From Asterias rubens (taxonomy: Eukaryota), in contig NC_047062.1 in NCBI RefSeq assembly GCF_902459465.1, positions 11,160,001 through 11,224,000 of the forward strand: a stretch of DNA of 64,000 bases, read 5' to 3'. Below the pieces are notes generated by a model. The model saw only the letters and a list, made by a program, of their open reading frames with translations, had not been told where the DNA came from and searched no databases. The translations under genes were made by a program, and so were the position numbers. This document shows positions 35,971 to 49,117 of the stretch, in pieces (position 1 is the stretch's first letter; the number at the start of each line of letters is the position of its first letter).

Positions 35971-36281
35971 CTAGCACTCCACACCGTACCGGTCAAAGTT
36001 CCTGAAGATAATGCCGAGCTGCAAGTGGACTTTTCCCATCGCCGAAGTGCTCAAAGCATATCGTTCAGCGCTGTGCACCAGGTCAGGATTGCGTAGCTGG
36101 GGGGCACCCCCGATGAAGAACTGCGATATCTGCTCCCTGGAGGTGCCTGTGGGACGCCATGTAACACATTCAATGTTGTGCGTGCCTGGGGATGTAGGCA
36201 GATGGCAGAAGCCGTACCCATAGAGTTCATTGCGTCCATAGTCATCCTGATGGTACACTTCAAACTTCAGCTTTGGCCATC
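35971..36281 (-). CDS. B9D2: B9D2 coding exon 3 ([13 protein letters not shown]...NFDRYGVEC*)
   Basis: attattag acceptor; C-terminus [10 protein letters not shown] is diagnostic; the three exons total 525 nt = 174 aa. Confidence 0.96.
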
Positions 36282-38099
36282 CTAATAATTCAATTGAATT
36301 TACAAAAAAAATGTGTAAACAAAAATTATTTTTGAAAATTATCATCAACCTGGACAATTGTAATGCCTTAATATAATTGTTTGCACAATAATTTCAGTTG
36401 TCAATAAATTTCAATTTGGCAGGCACAATTTATGCATTGTATACAAAATATTTTGTTTGTCTTTGGACTTATTGTTTGGCAAATTAAATGACATGAAATG
36501 AAAAGACGAAGAGGTAAGCTGCACTTTTAACAGGTAAGATTTGCCTTTTTAAAACCAATTGTGAGTAATTAATGAGCCGTTTGCGTGTCAGATTTGAATT
36601 TTGTCTGGTACAACAACGTGCTTGATTGATCACTTAAATTTAAATTCCTCAGAATAAAAAAAGGAAGTGTTTTACAGAAAAATAAATTTAATAACGATTA
36701 TGTACAAAAAGGAAAGTGGATAAAAAGGGGGACAAAATACTTGGATAAAAAAAACAAGTAGTAAAAATTTCAACTGTTGAGAAGTGTGGTTAGAGATGGA
36801 ATTGGGCTGTTTTTGTACCTGTTGATTGAGCCAAGTTTGTTAGAATTTCTGAGATTATTATTATTTCTTTTGGGTGGGAGTCAAGTGTCTATGGTTGTTA
36901 TGAACTTAGTTTATGGATCAACAACTCAGATGTCTCCAGCTGGAGACCTATATGAAAATAACTAAAATGCCAAAGATTGTGCTCAGTTCTGGCTGAAACA
37001 CAATGTTCCATTCTAGCTGGTGTGTGGACCCGATAAGCAGAAGAAGACATGTGACCAGTGGACAACTTTTGAGGGAGAATGCTGAAAGAGTCATTATAAT
37101 GGTCCAGTTCAAAGCTTAAATAAACAGACAATTTGTTGATTGCTAATAATACAAATACACCATGGTTTGAGGGTGACTAGTCGATATTAGCTCCCCAAGG
37201 TATTGGAAGTTGACAAACTAGTTCCCGAGGCGAAGCCGAGGGAACTAGTTGGTCATTTTCCAATACTGAGAGTCAACTTCCAATACCGAGAATCTTCTAC
37301 TATACATCATACATATTCAGTTACCGGAGCATGATTTGGAGCAAGGAAAAATGACGACTGGGAAATAAAATGCACATGATAAGTTTGTTCATGTGTTGGA
37401 TGTCGCCGCTAAAGAGCGATGTTCGTGCGTGTATACAAAACAGTACGACGATCAGAACAGGTAATGCGCATGACAAGTAGAATAGCGCCCGGGCTGACCT
37501 GTCCCACAATGGTATAGACTGTGCCAGTCTTGCACGCACCGGAGCGAGAAAACACGACAAATGAAAAACTTGTTTTTTATCAAATCAAATCAAATCTAAT
37601 CTAGGCCTTAAATTATTAAAAATACCGAATTTGAACAACAAAAATACTCATTAGAGCTTGTTCAATTTGGTCTTAGCTTGTTAAACATTTTTGTGCAATT
37701 AATCGGTTATAGTTTATGTATAGACAAAAGGAAATTTCTGGGACAAGGATGTTTATTTGATCTTAAATTTTTTTGAATCCCCTGTTGCAAATCTACGCCC
37801 GATTGTGAAATTATCAAAAGCTGGGTTTTACGCGTTGCACAATGGTCACGAGGGCGTTAGATTATCGCGTGACGCAGTTTAAACAGGAAGCTTACGCTTA
37901 AATGACCAATGTAAAGGCTTTTCACCCAGTTTCTCGATCGGAGGTGGGCACAAATTCTCAATTTTTTTCAAGTAACTTGACCTGAAGTCAAGTTAAAGTA
38001 TAGGTTTTTCTTCGTTATTTTGTTGAATTTATTTGTACTTCTATTGTTGACTAGTATTACATCTTCAACAACATATGTATTTTTCTATGGTCATAAGGT

Positions 38100-38988
38100 A
38101 CGTTAATAATAATAATAATAATAATAATAAGACTTGTAATGCGCACATATCCACCCTGCTGGGTGTTCATGGCGCAGTAAAACCAAAACAAAAACAAAAA
38201 CACAACACAAAGAAAAACAGACACAACAAAATTAGTCATTGAAAACCTGTGACATAAGATAAGTTTTGAGAAGAGACTTGAATTTTGCGGTACAAACACA
38301 AGATCGAAGATTAAGTGGTAGAGAGTTCCAGATGCGTGGCGCGGCTGAAGAAAAAGACCTGTCACCCCATGAGTGTCGAGACTTGGGTTCAATGAGGAGA
38401 AGCATGGAACTTGATCGAAGATTCCTTGATGGAGTGTAAACTTGAAGCAGTTCAGAAATATAGTGGGGAGCCTTGCCATTTAGAGCTTTGTGGACAATGA
38501 GCATCAGCTTGAAGATGATTCGTTGAGAGATAGGGAGCCAGTGTAGTTGTTTCAGAATGGGGGTGATAGAACAGGATTTTCTAGACAGTGTCACAATGCG
38601 GGCAGCAGTATTTTGGAGCCGTTGAAGTCGGGAAATCTGGTTGTTAGGTAGACTGTATAGAAGAGCATTGCCGTTGTCAAGACGAGAAGTAACAAATGCG
38701 TGAATGACCTTTTCAGTGGCACTTTTATCCAAGTACTTGCGAATCTTACCTATATTCCTGATGTGATATGATGATAAACGAACAATATTGTTGATGTGTG
38801 GCTGAAGTGTCATCGATGAATCAAAAATAACCCCCAAGTTCCGAGCTTTTAGCGAGGGAGCTATCCGAGCATCACCGATGGAGATGTATGGCACTGAAAC
38901 CTTAGTTAACTGTTGACGTGACCCAAATAAAAGAAACTCTGTCTTATCATCATTTAACTTCAGGAAGTTTTGTTGTGTCCAACGTTAA
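38100..38988 (-). mobile_element. 5'-truncated L2/CR1-clade LINE (ORF2 C-terminus plus (TTA)n tail) in B9D2 intron
   Basis: NFLKLNDDKTEFLLFG...LHWLPISQRIIFK...APHYISELL...LRSS...FSSAAPRIWNSLP...FKSLLKT; AAT microsatellite tail ~38105-38130; candidate 7-bp TSD ACGTTAA at 38100-06 and 38982-88. Confidence 0.9.
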
Positions 38989-39841
38989 ACTAAAATAATG
39001 GACGAAACAAAATCTCCCCAACGTAAAGGTTGGGACAATAAAGGTCCCGGAAGTTCAAATACGCACGAGACTGCGCGAGACTTGCACAGTCTATTGCGAA
39101 TGACAAGTAGAGTAGCGCCCGGGCGCTACTCTACTTGTCATGTGCATTTCCAATGTGTGTGACTACTCGCGTGCGCGTTTGGTAATTAGCAAAAGTAGCA
39201 CCTGGCACGTGATGATGAATGGACCAATAAGAACTCAACTCTCGGTCATGAATATATATGAGGTATAATAAAATAGTTTATTGGATCCATAACACCTTCT
39301 GTATCTCTATGAAACCGTGAAACCGATTAGTAAAGGTAACACTATGACTGCCCAGCCACAATAAACTAAAACATAATCACTTCATGAACTCCTGTAGGCT
39401 AGTGAGCCACACATTACAACATGAAGCACTGCCAAAACCCAATGACCACTCACGCACGCAATTCAAGGTGGCTATTTGCATTTAAGCCTGCATCAGTTAA
39501 CTTTTACAAAACTCTGCTGAGCCTTGAATTTGGTCCTTACAGTCATGCATGTTGGAAAGTATGCCTTGGCGACTAGTGTCGTAGTGGCAACTATTGATTT
39601 CTTAGTTGAGTCGCGACTATGTTTTTCAAATACACGGTTAATCTGGCTGCCATGACTACAGGCTACTACAAAAAAAGACGGGACTACCTGTTTGGTGAAC
39701 CAATTGTGTCGCTCTTGACTATTCACGACAATATAATTTACTTATGAAAATGCGGGCTTTGCTTTTTTCACTAGTCGCCCAGGCCTAGTTGAAAGATCCC
39801 TAATTTCTGTGACAGTAGAAAAATATTGACAACCAACGTAC

Positions 39842-39967
39842 CTTGAAGACCCTTGGTGGCAAAATGAATGTCGATAGGATGACTCCAGGCAGCGAAAGCC
39901 TCATTCTGAGGGAGGTCTACCTGGGTCTGCCCCTCTCTAGCTCCAGCTATTACTTTCCATGCACCAC
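39842..39967 (-). CDS. B9D2: B9D2 coding exon 2 ([41 protein letters not shown])
   Basis: ttctttag acceptor, GTACGT donor, 126 nt, phase 1->1; [16 protein letters not shown] motif. Confidence 0.95.
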
Positions 39968-40456
39968 CTAAAAGAAATGGAAGGAATGGTGTTAGGTCTC
40001 GAAACCACTCACAGCATCCACAGCAATTGCCGTAGTGCCCCTCAGATGCTTTTGCTGTGTTGCCCTTTGTGCAAAGGTCCAATACAACTACCCCTTACCA
40101 GAGAAAGTTTCTGTGCCCCCTTCAGGAATGAAATTCAAGGCATGTATTTAATGTTTTGTTGCAAAGCCTTTATTCACAGAGGTTCGAAAAGTGGCTTTGA
40201 AATGCCACAAGATCATGACAACTCTATGAACTCAACCTTGGGGCTGGGCAAGTGACCTTGTCAGTTGTTGGGCAGACTGCCTCAAGGAAAATATGTGAAA
40301 ACCAGGGGCTAGGCTTCATTGACAAAAGGTAAAAAGAAAGCCCAGGCCAGGCACAAATGAAGTAACTTCACTGCTGCTGCCCAGACGACAGTGTCCACGG
40401 CCTGGGCTGGGGCAAGAGGAGCAAGACAAAGAAGAAGATGAATTGGACAAACTTAC

Positions 40457-40544
40457 CTGCATGTATTCCCCATTTACAAAAAAGACTATGGTTTGGAAAT
40501 CCACTTGCTCCGATGATCTCACCAATAACATGAACCTCTGCCAT
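40457..40544 (-). CDS. B9D2: B9 domain-containing protein 2, coding exon 1 ([29 protein letters not shown])
   Basis: Near-identical to the recalled human B9D2 N-terminus; GTAAGT donor; 88 nt. Confidence 0.95.
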
Positions 40545-40612
40545 ACTGTCTAGCTCATTACATCATCGGGTGAAAATGCTCTGTCCAGAGGGGAAAAATT
40601 AAAAGATCTGCT

Positions 40613-40991
40613 TTAAAGCCATTATACACTTTCGGAACAAACAAAAAATAAAAGTTCACAGATTTACAAATAACTTACAGGGTTTACAGAAGGTCATGAT
40701 GACAGACTTCTCTTGAAATATTATTCCATGAAATGCTTTACTTTTTGAGAAAACATTAAAACAGTTATCAATTCTCGTTGTCGAGAATTACGGATTTATT
40801 TTAAACACATGTCATGACACGGCGAAACGTGCGGAAACAAGGGTTGGTTTTTCCCATTATTTTCTCCCGACTCCGATGACCGATTGAGCCTAAATTTTCA
40901 TATATTAGTTAAATATTTTATATATTAGTTGTGTTACACAAAGTGTGGGCCTTTGGACAACACTGTTTACCGAAAGTGTCCAATGGTTTAA
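40613..40991. mobile_element. MITE family 2 copy just upstream of the B9D2 ATG
   Basis: TTAA flanks, shared interior. Confidence 0.85.
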
Positions 40992-41459
40992 ATTAATGTA
41001 CCATTCGGCTGTTTTAATTGTATAAGGTTTACATGTAATGTACATACCCTGTGCATGTCTTCTTTTTTTTCTTTTCTTTTTTTCTCATTTGAGTATGTTT
41101 TAAGTTGTAAAGCACCTCGGGTTGATTTAGTGTGAAATGCATAAATCTGACTACAGTACAGGCCCTAATATTATTTCAAATCTAAAAAAAGAAATTGCTT
41201 GAGTTAACCCCCATCCCCATCGAACTCCATGGCTCAAAACCACTGTGCACTAGACTACTAAGGCGCTGTCTTCCTTTTGTGTCTCAGCTCAGCTTTTAGT
41301 TGGTTAATTGTATTAAGCCAAACATTTAGTAGTGTGTTTTTCAGCAAGTAATATTGTAATGCTTGTACTTTCTCAAACTACAGGTTACAACGCATTGCAG
41401 TTCTGAATCGCGATAAACCTTCCTTTAAAGTTTAATTTAATAAATATGTTTTCTTAATC

Positions 41460-41864
41460 TTAAAGGCAGTGGACACTATTGGTAATTACTCAAAATAATT
41501 ATTGGCATAAAACCTTTCTTGGTTACGAGTAATGGGGAGAGGTTGATGGTATAAAACATTGTGAGAAACGGCTCCCTCTGAAGTGCCATAATGTTCGAGA
41601 AAGAAGTAATTTTCCACGAATTTGATTTTGAGACCTCAGATTTAGAACTTGAGATCTCGAAATCAACCATCTAAATTCACACAACTTCGTGTGATACGGG
41701 TAGTTTTTCTTTCATTTTTATCTTGCAAATTCGATGACCGATTGAGCTCAAATTTTCACAGGTTTGTTATTTTATGCATATGTTGAGATACACCAACCAT
41801 GGCACCAACTGTGAAGGCTAGTCTTTGACAATTACCATTATTATTTAGAGTCCACTGCCTTTAA
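41460..41864. mobile_element. Family 1 MITE
   Basis: TIRs and TTAA at both ends. Confidence 0.88.
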
Positions 41865-43240
41865 TCTTATGGCATCCTTCCTGTCTTTATTTTCTTGTTT
41901 TTTCTTTTTTTTTAGCTCAAAACTTTTCAGAGCCCCATCTCAGATCTTATGATCCAATTCTACCTCGATCAAATGATCAACTGAGTCTGAGGTGAGAGGT
42001 TCTACCTCCACAGTCCATGTGAGAAGGTCGACTTGTCCAAACACAAACATGACCAACACAACTTCAAGTTCCAGTCAACCACTCTATGGTATGAGTCAAC
42101 ACACTCAACATTTGAAAATTGTCAATTTGTTTCGTTTTTAATGTGTGAAGAAAGAACGGACCCTGGCTGACTTACCAACATACAAACGGCGTTATTCCGC
42201 TACATTTCTCTAATCATGGACCTTTATTAACTTTATAACTATGCAGAATAATGGGTGGGATATACATGTAATAAGTTGGAGTTTTACCTTCTGGTGGCTG
42301 TTGTCGCGTTGAATGTAAACAATATTTCAGTCGGAGATGTAAAGCACGCCCTCTACTGGTTGACAGATACGTTGAACACATTTTTTGCCTCGTCTGAACA
42401 TCTGACGTCACACTTCGAGGCTCGTGAATAAGACAGGGCAGTCTAGTAAAAATATCCCCGTGACCCATCCCACCACCAGTGCCACCGGTAGAGTACAGTG
42501 CCACGATCACTTTCGAGGTCTGTGTCTTCGGGCAGAGCGCCTTTCTCTGAAGCTGAGCATTCTAAAACGCTTACCCTACTTCTTTTTTTGCTATAATTAG
42601 GCCCTTCAATCAAGGCTTTGCATCGTGTCAGAATTGCTTTACGACAAGTGACACGTGTTATAATGAACGTCCTATCTCTGTTTCATTAATGATGGATGAA
42701 CCATCCACTTCCCGGGAAGTGCTACATGAACGTCAACTTGCCTAGCCTCTGTTCTACATCATCAGGCTCAATATAAACAGCGTAGTAGGTAGGCCAACAG
42801 GCTCTGTAATGTTGAGATGTACATGTATCTTCGGGGTTTAATTAGGCCGATTATCATGTAATGGCTAAGTGCAGTATCGACATCTTGCTCGCATAATATA
42901 GCTATTTGCTATTATTTTGCTCTATATGCTGTCATGAGGTCTACTTTAAGCATCAAATTAACAATGTTGATTTACTGTATAGATAAGCAACACCTCTGGC
43001 GCAGTGTGAGCGAGTGTAATTGATGTCTCTTCCTTCCTCCATTGCTGAATGTATACACAGATAGTCGACACTCTGACGTTGGTCTGTTTGGATTGTGAAG
43101 ACACAAACAAAGGACGTATAGTCCTCACGGTACGTTCTTGCACAAAGAAGGTCTGGCTTCAACAACCGTGGATTGAGTTGGAAATGGTGATCACAAAATT
43201 ATTATCCCTTGAACTGATAAGTTGGCATTGAATCTTTAAT

Positions 43241-44566
43241 ATGGTTCGAGAAATCGCCAAGAACTTCAGGGTTTTCGTCCTCGGAATGTTTGTTTTTTTA
43301 TCGACAGCGTGTTTTGTTTTGCTCGCCAGAAATGCTGCATCGATGGATGGTTCTGCTGTTATGAATCAGCAACAAGAACACCGTGCGAGTCATGTTATGC
43401 CTACTACAGTCTACATGGCGGTATCGCCCCCGGAGGTTGGTGGCGGTGGTGAGGAAGGGGAGATCAAGGTGACGGAAAATCCTCACACCGGTTTTCAGAA
43501 GTCTGAACAACCCCGGCTTTGTACTTCTATTCCAAAACCCAGGACTACCGAAGATACTCCAAGCGGTGTGAAGATTATAATCTTAGCAGCAATGAGAACT
43601 GGATCTTCCTTCGTTGGTGAGATGTTCGGCCAAAATAGTGACATTTTCTACCTATTTGAACCCGGCCTCCCTCTTCATAACACTCTTCATCAACGAGGTG
43701 CTGTATTCTTGCAGCCGCTTTTCATTGATTTGTTGGACAGCATTTATCAATGTAACTTGACTGGTTATGAATATTATTTTAAGTGGTTATCGGGGCAGGT
43801 TCCGGAAGCGTTGTTAAAGAAAGCCCCGAGTGTGTACAAAGAGCTTTGCTCCAAGAAGTCAAGTAATTCGTCTGAATTTGAGTGTGGGAAAATGACACCT
43901 CAGCATTTCATGCGCATATGTATGAATTTGAACAAAGTTGCGATCAAATCAATTCGTATCTCTGATATTGGAAGTCTGTTACCGTTGATCAAAGACAAGA
44001 CGGTCAATCTGAAAGTGATTCATCTCGTTCGTGATCCGAGAGGGATGATCGCTTCTCGTGTGCTTGCCATGAACGATATAAAAAAAACGGCAGACAAAGT
44101 AGAAACATTTACGGACGATACTAGGGCATCACTTATCGACTACTGTTGGAACAATTTGCACAACACGGACGTGGGGAAGAACCTGCCCAAATTCCAAGAC
44201 AACTATTTACTCCTGAGGTACGAGGATGTCTCTTTGGATCCACACGAAGCGGCTCGACGCATCTATAATTTCACTGGTCTTGGTGCTGTTCCTGGGAACG
44301 TGTCCAGGTGGATTCAAGAACACACGAGTGCTCACGTAGCCGGTACTTACTCAACCTCACGAGTGTCAAGTCAAGTCTACCAATCTTGGCGCGGCAGACT
44401 CAGTTTCCCAACTGTTAAAACCATTGAGGAAGTTGGAACCTGTTCTCAAATGATGCAAAGATTTGGCTATCTCCCAGCTAAAGATCAAGAACATCTGACT
44501 AATCTAAACATCTCCCTTTTATCTGACAAAGTGCCGGATGTCAATCGGGAGATGTACGTTATATGA
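43241..44566 (+). CDS. Carbohydrate (Gal/GlcNAc 6-O) sulfotransferase, CHST1/3-like, copy A, single exon, 441 aa
   Basis: Type II N-terminal TM; 5'-PSB motif MRTGSSFVGEMF; FEP; 3'-PB motif KVIHLVRDPRGMIASR; LLLRYED. Confidence 0.92.
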   Translation: MVREIAKNFRVFVLGMFVFLSTACFVLLARNAASMDGSAVMNQQQEHRASHVMPTTVYMAVSPPEVGGGGEEGEIKVTENPHTGFQKSEQPRLCTSIPKPRTTEDTPSGVKIIILAAMRTGSSFVGEMFGQNSDIFYLFEPGLPLHNTLHQRGAVFLQPLFIDLLDSIYQCNLTGYEYYFKWLSGQVPEALLKKAPSVYKELCSKKSSNSSEFECGKMTPQHFMRICMNLNKVAIKSIRISDIGSLLPLIKDKTVNLKVIHLVRDPRGMIASRVLAMNDIKKTADKVETFTDDTRASLIDYCWNNLHNTDVGKNLPKFQDNYLLLRYEDVSLDPHEAARRIYNFTGLGAVPGNVSRWIQEHTSAHVAGTYSTSRVSSQVYQSWRGRLSFPTVKTIEEVGTCSQMMQRFGYLPAKDQEHLTNLNISLLSDKVPDVNREMYVI

Positions 44567-45354
44567 CAAACTTTATGTAGCTTACAATCCATACTGACTG
44601 ATAGTGTTGTGTTTAGTTCAGGCATAGGGCAAGGACTATAGTTCCTTCCTGTTTCGTTTAGGCTCCACTAAATTTTATTTAGAAATAATCATGAAATTCA
44701 TTCAAAATTATCATTGGGGTCACAGGTGATGTCATGACAGAAGACTAATCTTCAAAATTTCAAGGCTCTTTCTTCGTCGCATTTTAATGTCAGTAGTCTG
44801 GTATTATTGTTTGCGAAAGAAGTATGTTGGAAGGGGAAAGTCGGAGTTAGTATTATTATGACTAAGTAGTTTGGGTTTGTCGATCAGAGCTAAGCAAGAT
44901 TGGGTTATATAAATCTAATAACCCCCGGGAGGGACTGACGGTTATGGACTGAGGTGAAAAGATCAATGTTGGGGCATCTTGCCTTCAAAATCTCTCCAAA
45001 TGTTGCTTTTTGGAATTGCTCCTTGTTTTTGTTGTTGTCAAAGAGCTGTTCGTGCCAAAAAAAAAATGGAGGAGTGATTTATCATCAACAACAAACTGTC
45101 TCATGAAATACACCCAGTAACACTTTGTTTCTACAAAAGAGCGGACCACGCTCTGTCATGAAACTACATAAAACAAACATAATCATGGGATATTATCATT
45201 TTTATTGTTTTTAAAATATATTTCCAATTATATTTAATTTAAACAACAAAAAGTTGTAATAGCCCAAAGCGCCCAATCTCAAGGCATTGGAAATCACCAT
45301 AGGCAAGGACTTGTTCTCCGGTCACAGAATCCTGAAGTTGCTGGAAGGAATAAT

Positions 45355-45960
45355 TAAAGGCACTGAACACTATTGGCAATTACTCAAAATAATTGTTGGC
45401 ATATAAACTTACTTGCGTATTAACGAACAATAGACAAGCTGTTGATGAAACATATTGTGAGAAACAGCTCCCTGAAGTAGCGCAGTTTTTGAGAAAGAAG
45501 TAATTTCTCACTACAATAAAATTATTTGAATTGAGTTCGAGACCTCAGGAGGCATCTGCAAGCACACAGTGCTGTGCGACAAGGGTGTTTGAGTTCAAAA
45601 TTTCACAGGTTTGTTATTTTATTCATATTTATACGTTGGTCTTGGACAATAAAATTATTACCAAAGGTGTATACAGGGTCTTTAAAGGCATTGGACACTA
45701 CTGGTAATTACTTTAGCATAAAAATGAGCAATGGAGAGCTGTTGACATAAAACATTGTGAGAAATTAACGGCTCCCTCTGAAGTATAGTTTATTTAGAAG
45801 GAGGTGTAATTTCTTCCTAAAATAACAAAATACTTCAGCTGCAGTCATCTGAAAGCACACTCATTATTTTGTGCAACAAGGGTGTTTTTCTTTCATTATT
45901 CTCTGTCGGCTTCGATGACGAATTTAGTCAAAATTTCCACAGATTTGTAATGTTATGCTT
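45355..45960. mobile_element. Two adjacent degenerate family 1-related MITEs
   Basis: ttaaaggcactgaacac at ~45355 and ttaaaggcattggacac at ~45682. Confidence 0.7.
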
Positions 45961-46349
45961 AAAGGAACACATTGCCTTGGATCGGACGAGTTGGTCTATA
46001 AAAAGTGTTGTAACCGTTTGTTATAAAATGCATATGATTGGATAGATGTTCTAAAAGTAGAATACAATGATCCACACAAACTTGCCTCAAAAATGCACGG
46101 TTTTCATTTTACTTTGCGAACTAACACGGTCGGCCATTTATGGGAGTTATAAATTTGACTCCCATAAATGGCCGACCGTCATTAGTCGACGAGGTTAAAG
46201 GAAAACCGTGCAATTTCGAGGCATGTTTGTGTGGATCATTATACTCTACTTTCACAACATCTTTCTACCCATATGCAATTTATAACAAACGGTTACAAAC
46301 GCTTTTTACAAGACCAACTCGACCGATCTAAGGCAACGTGTTCCTTTAA
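45959..46349. mobile_element. MITE family 3 copy
   Basis: ttaaaggaacacattgccttgg ... aggcaacgtgttcctttaa. Confidence 0.85.
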
Positions 46350-46528
46350 ATATACTGGGATAGCTGAATACTGGTCCTTGACATTATTACCAAATATGCC
46401 CTATGCCTCATTTAATGAAGACATTAAGTATTAATGCAGATGGTGTTTTCTAAACGACTCATGTGTAAATTAATAATGGACTATTGTTGTACTTTAGTAA
46501 TACAGTGTATACGATGTTATGAAACATC

Positions 46529-46542
46529 GTTGCCATGGCAAA
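46529..46542. promoter_or_regulatory. Candidate RFX X-box
   Basis: GTTGCCATGGCAAA, a 13/14 match to the palindromic GTTGCCATGGCAAC. Confidence 0.3.
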
Positions 46543-47891
46543 TCTCAACACGATACTTGGTGCACACACTACTTAATACACTAAGGAACACGACTATTCA
46601 AATGTAATCACATTGTTGTTGTGTTAAAAAGTTTAATTAAATCTGGAACAAATCTTTCACATTAAATCTTCAAACTTTGTAAGTTGAATGTAGATCTGTG
46701 GATATTATCGTGTTTTGTGTTACAAAAGTACCTCAAGCAAGTAATAAAAAACAAACTTCTGACTGAAATGCACAACGACATTGACAATATTTTGATGTAC
46801 AGAAAAACATGAAATGCTCCCGAGACGGACTCGATGCAAACCAAACACGATAAACTGTCATTTCCAACTGAAAAAGTTGTGACCTATACACATTATTGTA
46901 CACCATACACATCTCACACTACAAAACAACGGGGTGGTAAAACCGACACCAGGTGTTGTCACATTAGATACAGAAAAGAAAAACCAAAGTTAACCCACTA
47001 GGGTGTTATAATGACACTAATTTTTGCCAACACAATAACATGTGTTATTTTAACACCTTACGATGTTTATTAAATTTGTATTCTCTCTTGTGTATCTAAA
47101 ATTATGTGACAATACCCATCATGGTGTCGATTCAACAGCCCCGTTTTTGCAGTGTTCTCTGTCACTGAACGTCTCGAACTGAATCATGTCACGGTTTGAT
47201 CTGTCTGATTTCCGTTTCGATCCAGATAGTATAGACTTTCCGATAGTAGACTTTCCGCATCCAAAACAGTAGATGTATAGCGCCCTCTATGATACACAAC
47301 GAAAAGCAGGATCGTCGATGAGGGTGCACCACTGTGTACAAATATTATAACCTCTCAGTAACCAATGTTAAAATAATACTAAATATTAATCAGTACTCAA
47401 AAACTATTTAAAAGGTCTCTCAACCTCTTGAACACCAATCAGATATATTTTCAGACCACTAAACTACGGATTTCTCGTCAATTTTTGTGCGTGTCAGCCG
47501 TTTGGATTTTTTTCTAATTCACCCCCCCCCAAAAAAAAAAAAACACCCGAACCAATGTGTTTTGCCTCACCGACTTGCCGCCAGTTTTCATGAGGCACTT
47601 CTCCAATTCCAAAACTGAGCCAAAATGTATAAAAGCTCCTCAAAAACCCAGAACCAGTGTCTTTTTTTTGGGGAGTGATACGAACTTTAAAGAATTACTG
47701 TGGTTTCCTCAGTTTGCAGTTGTACTTAATTAATACTAGAGTACACGAGTAACAAGGATTTTATAGTGATGGCCAAAAGCGCCGCAAATATGACATGACA
47801 TTTCTTTTGATTGTGTTCAAGTTTGTTATAGGGTAAAGTTTACCAAACTTTTGAGACGTAATAAGGAATCGGACCGATAGCTCTTTTGTGT

Positions 47892-48171
47892 TTAAAGGCA
47901 GTGGACACTATTGGTAATTGTCAAAGACCGGTCTTCTCACTTGGTGTATCTCAACATTTTTTTATGCTTAAAATAACAAACCTGTGAAAATATGAGCTCG
48001 ATTAGTAGTCTGAGTTGCGAGATAACTATGCAAGAAAAAACATCCTTGTCACGTGACGAAGTTCAGTGCTTTTAAATGCTTGATTTCGAGACCTCAAATT
48101 CGAACCTTGAGGTCTCGAAATCAAATTCGTGGAAAATTATTTTGATTACCAATAGTGTCCACTGCCTTTAA
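47892..48171. mobile_element. Family 1 MITE, internally deleted
   Basis: TIRs and TTAA intact, shorter interior. Confidence 0.85.
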
Positions 48172-49117
48172 GATTGGGAACCGGTTCCGAACCGGAGATT
48201 TTGGTTCGAAAGGGAGGTCGTGTTGAGGGGTGATGTATGTTACTTTTGTAGGACAAAAACACAATGTCCACAGACTTACACCAAACTTACACAGTTTGAA
48301 GATAATGATAGTAGAAAGCTTCCCTGAAAACATTACGTGCTGAGGTGCTGTTGTTTTTGAGAAATGAGCAAAACAATTTCATGAAAATTATTTTCGTCTC
48401 ATTAGACGAAAATTATTTTAATCATTTACAAACGTATTTTCATGACATTGTTTTACTCATTTCTCAAAAACTACAGTACCTCAGTAAGTAATATTTGAAG
48501 GGAAGCTTTCAACTATCTTATCTTCAAACCCTGTATAAGTTAAATGTAAATCTATGGAAATTTTGAAAAGGTACCCAAATCCTTTAAAAGGCCTTATAGT
48601 CACGAGACCTTATCGCGGGATTTTGGGCTAATTTCACGGGAGAAAAATAAGGTGTGTAAGAATCCATCTGAGATTTCCGAGGAGAGGACTGTTGTCAGCC
48701 TCGACGATTTTTGAGTTATTGAGAACTCAAGTTATTGAGAACTCCGAGTGTACATAGTTTTTCCAGTCATAGTTTTGTGAAATATTTTGGGCGTCTGACA
48801 CACCGAATTATTACTCGAGACAGTAAAAACAGGATTGTCAGAACGACCTGGTTTTCCCCACAAGGGCACTGTTATCAGGCAACGTACGACATTTCGTTTC
48901 CTTTGTCATTCAAATCTGTAATAACATGAACTATACAAAGGTGTATGGGTAAACACAAAAATAATTGCATGATGCGGTCAAAACGTTCGTAGATGTCGGC
49001 TGGAGCCAGCGCTTTTAAGAGATACAAATTGCGTGTATTGGGGGTGACTGATTCTAGTGAGCAAAACAGTGATTCAGTAATAGAGTATACTTTTTTTTAG
49101 TGAAACCGGATTTTGAA

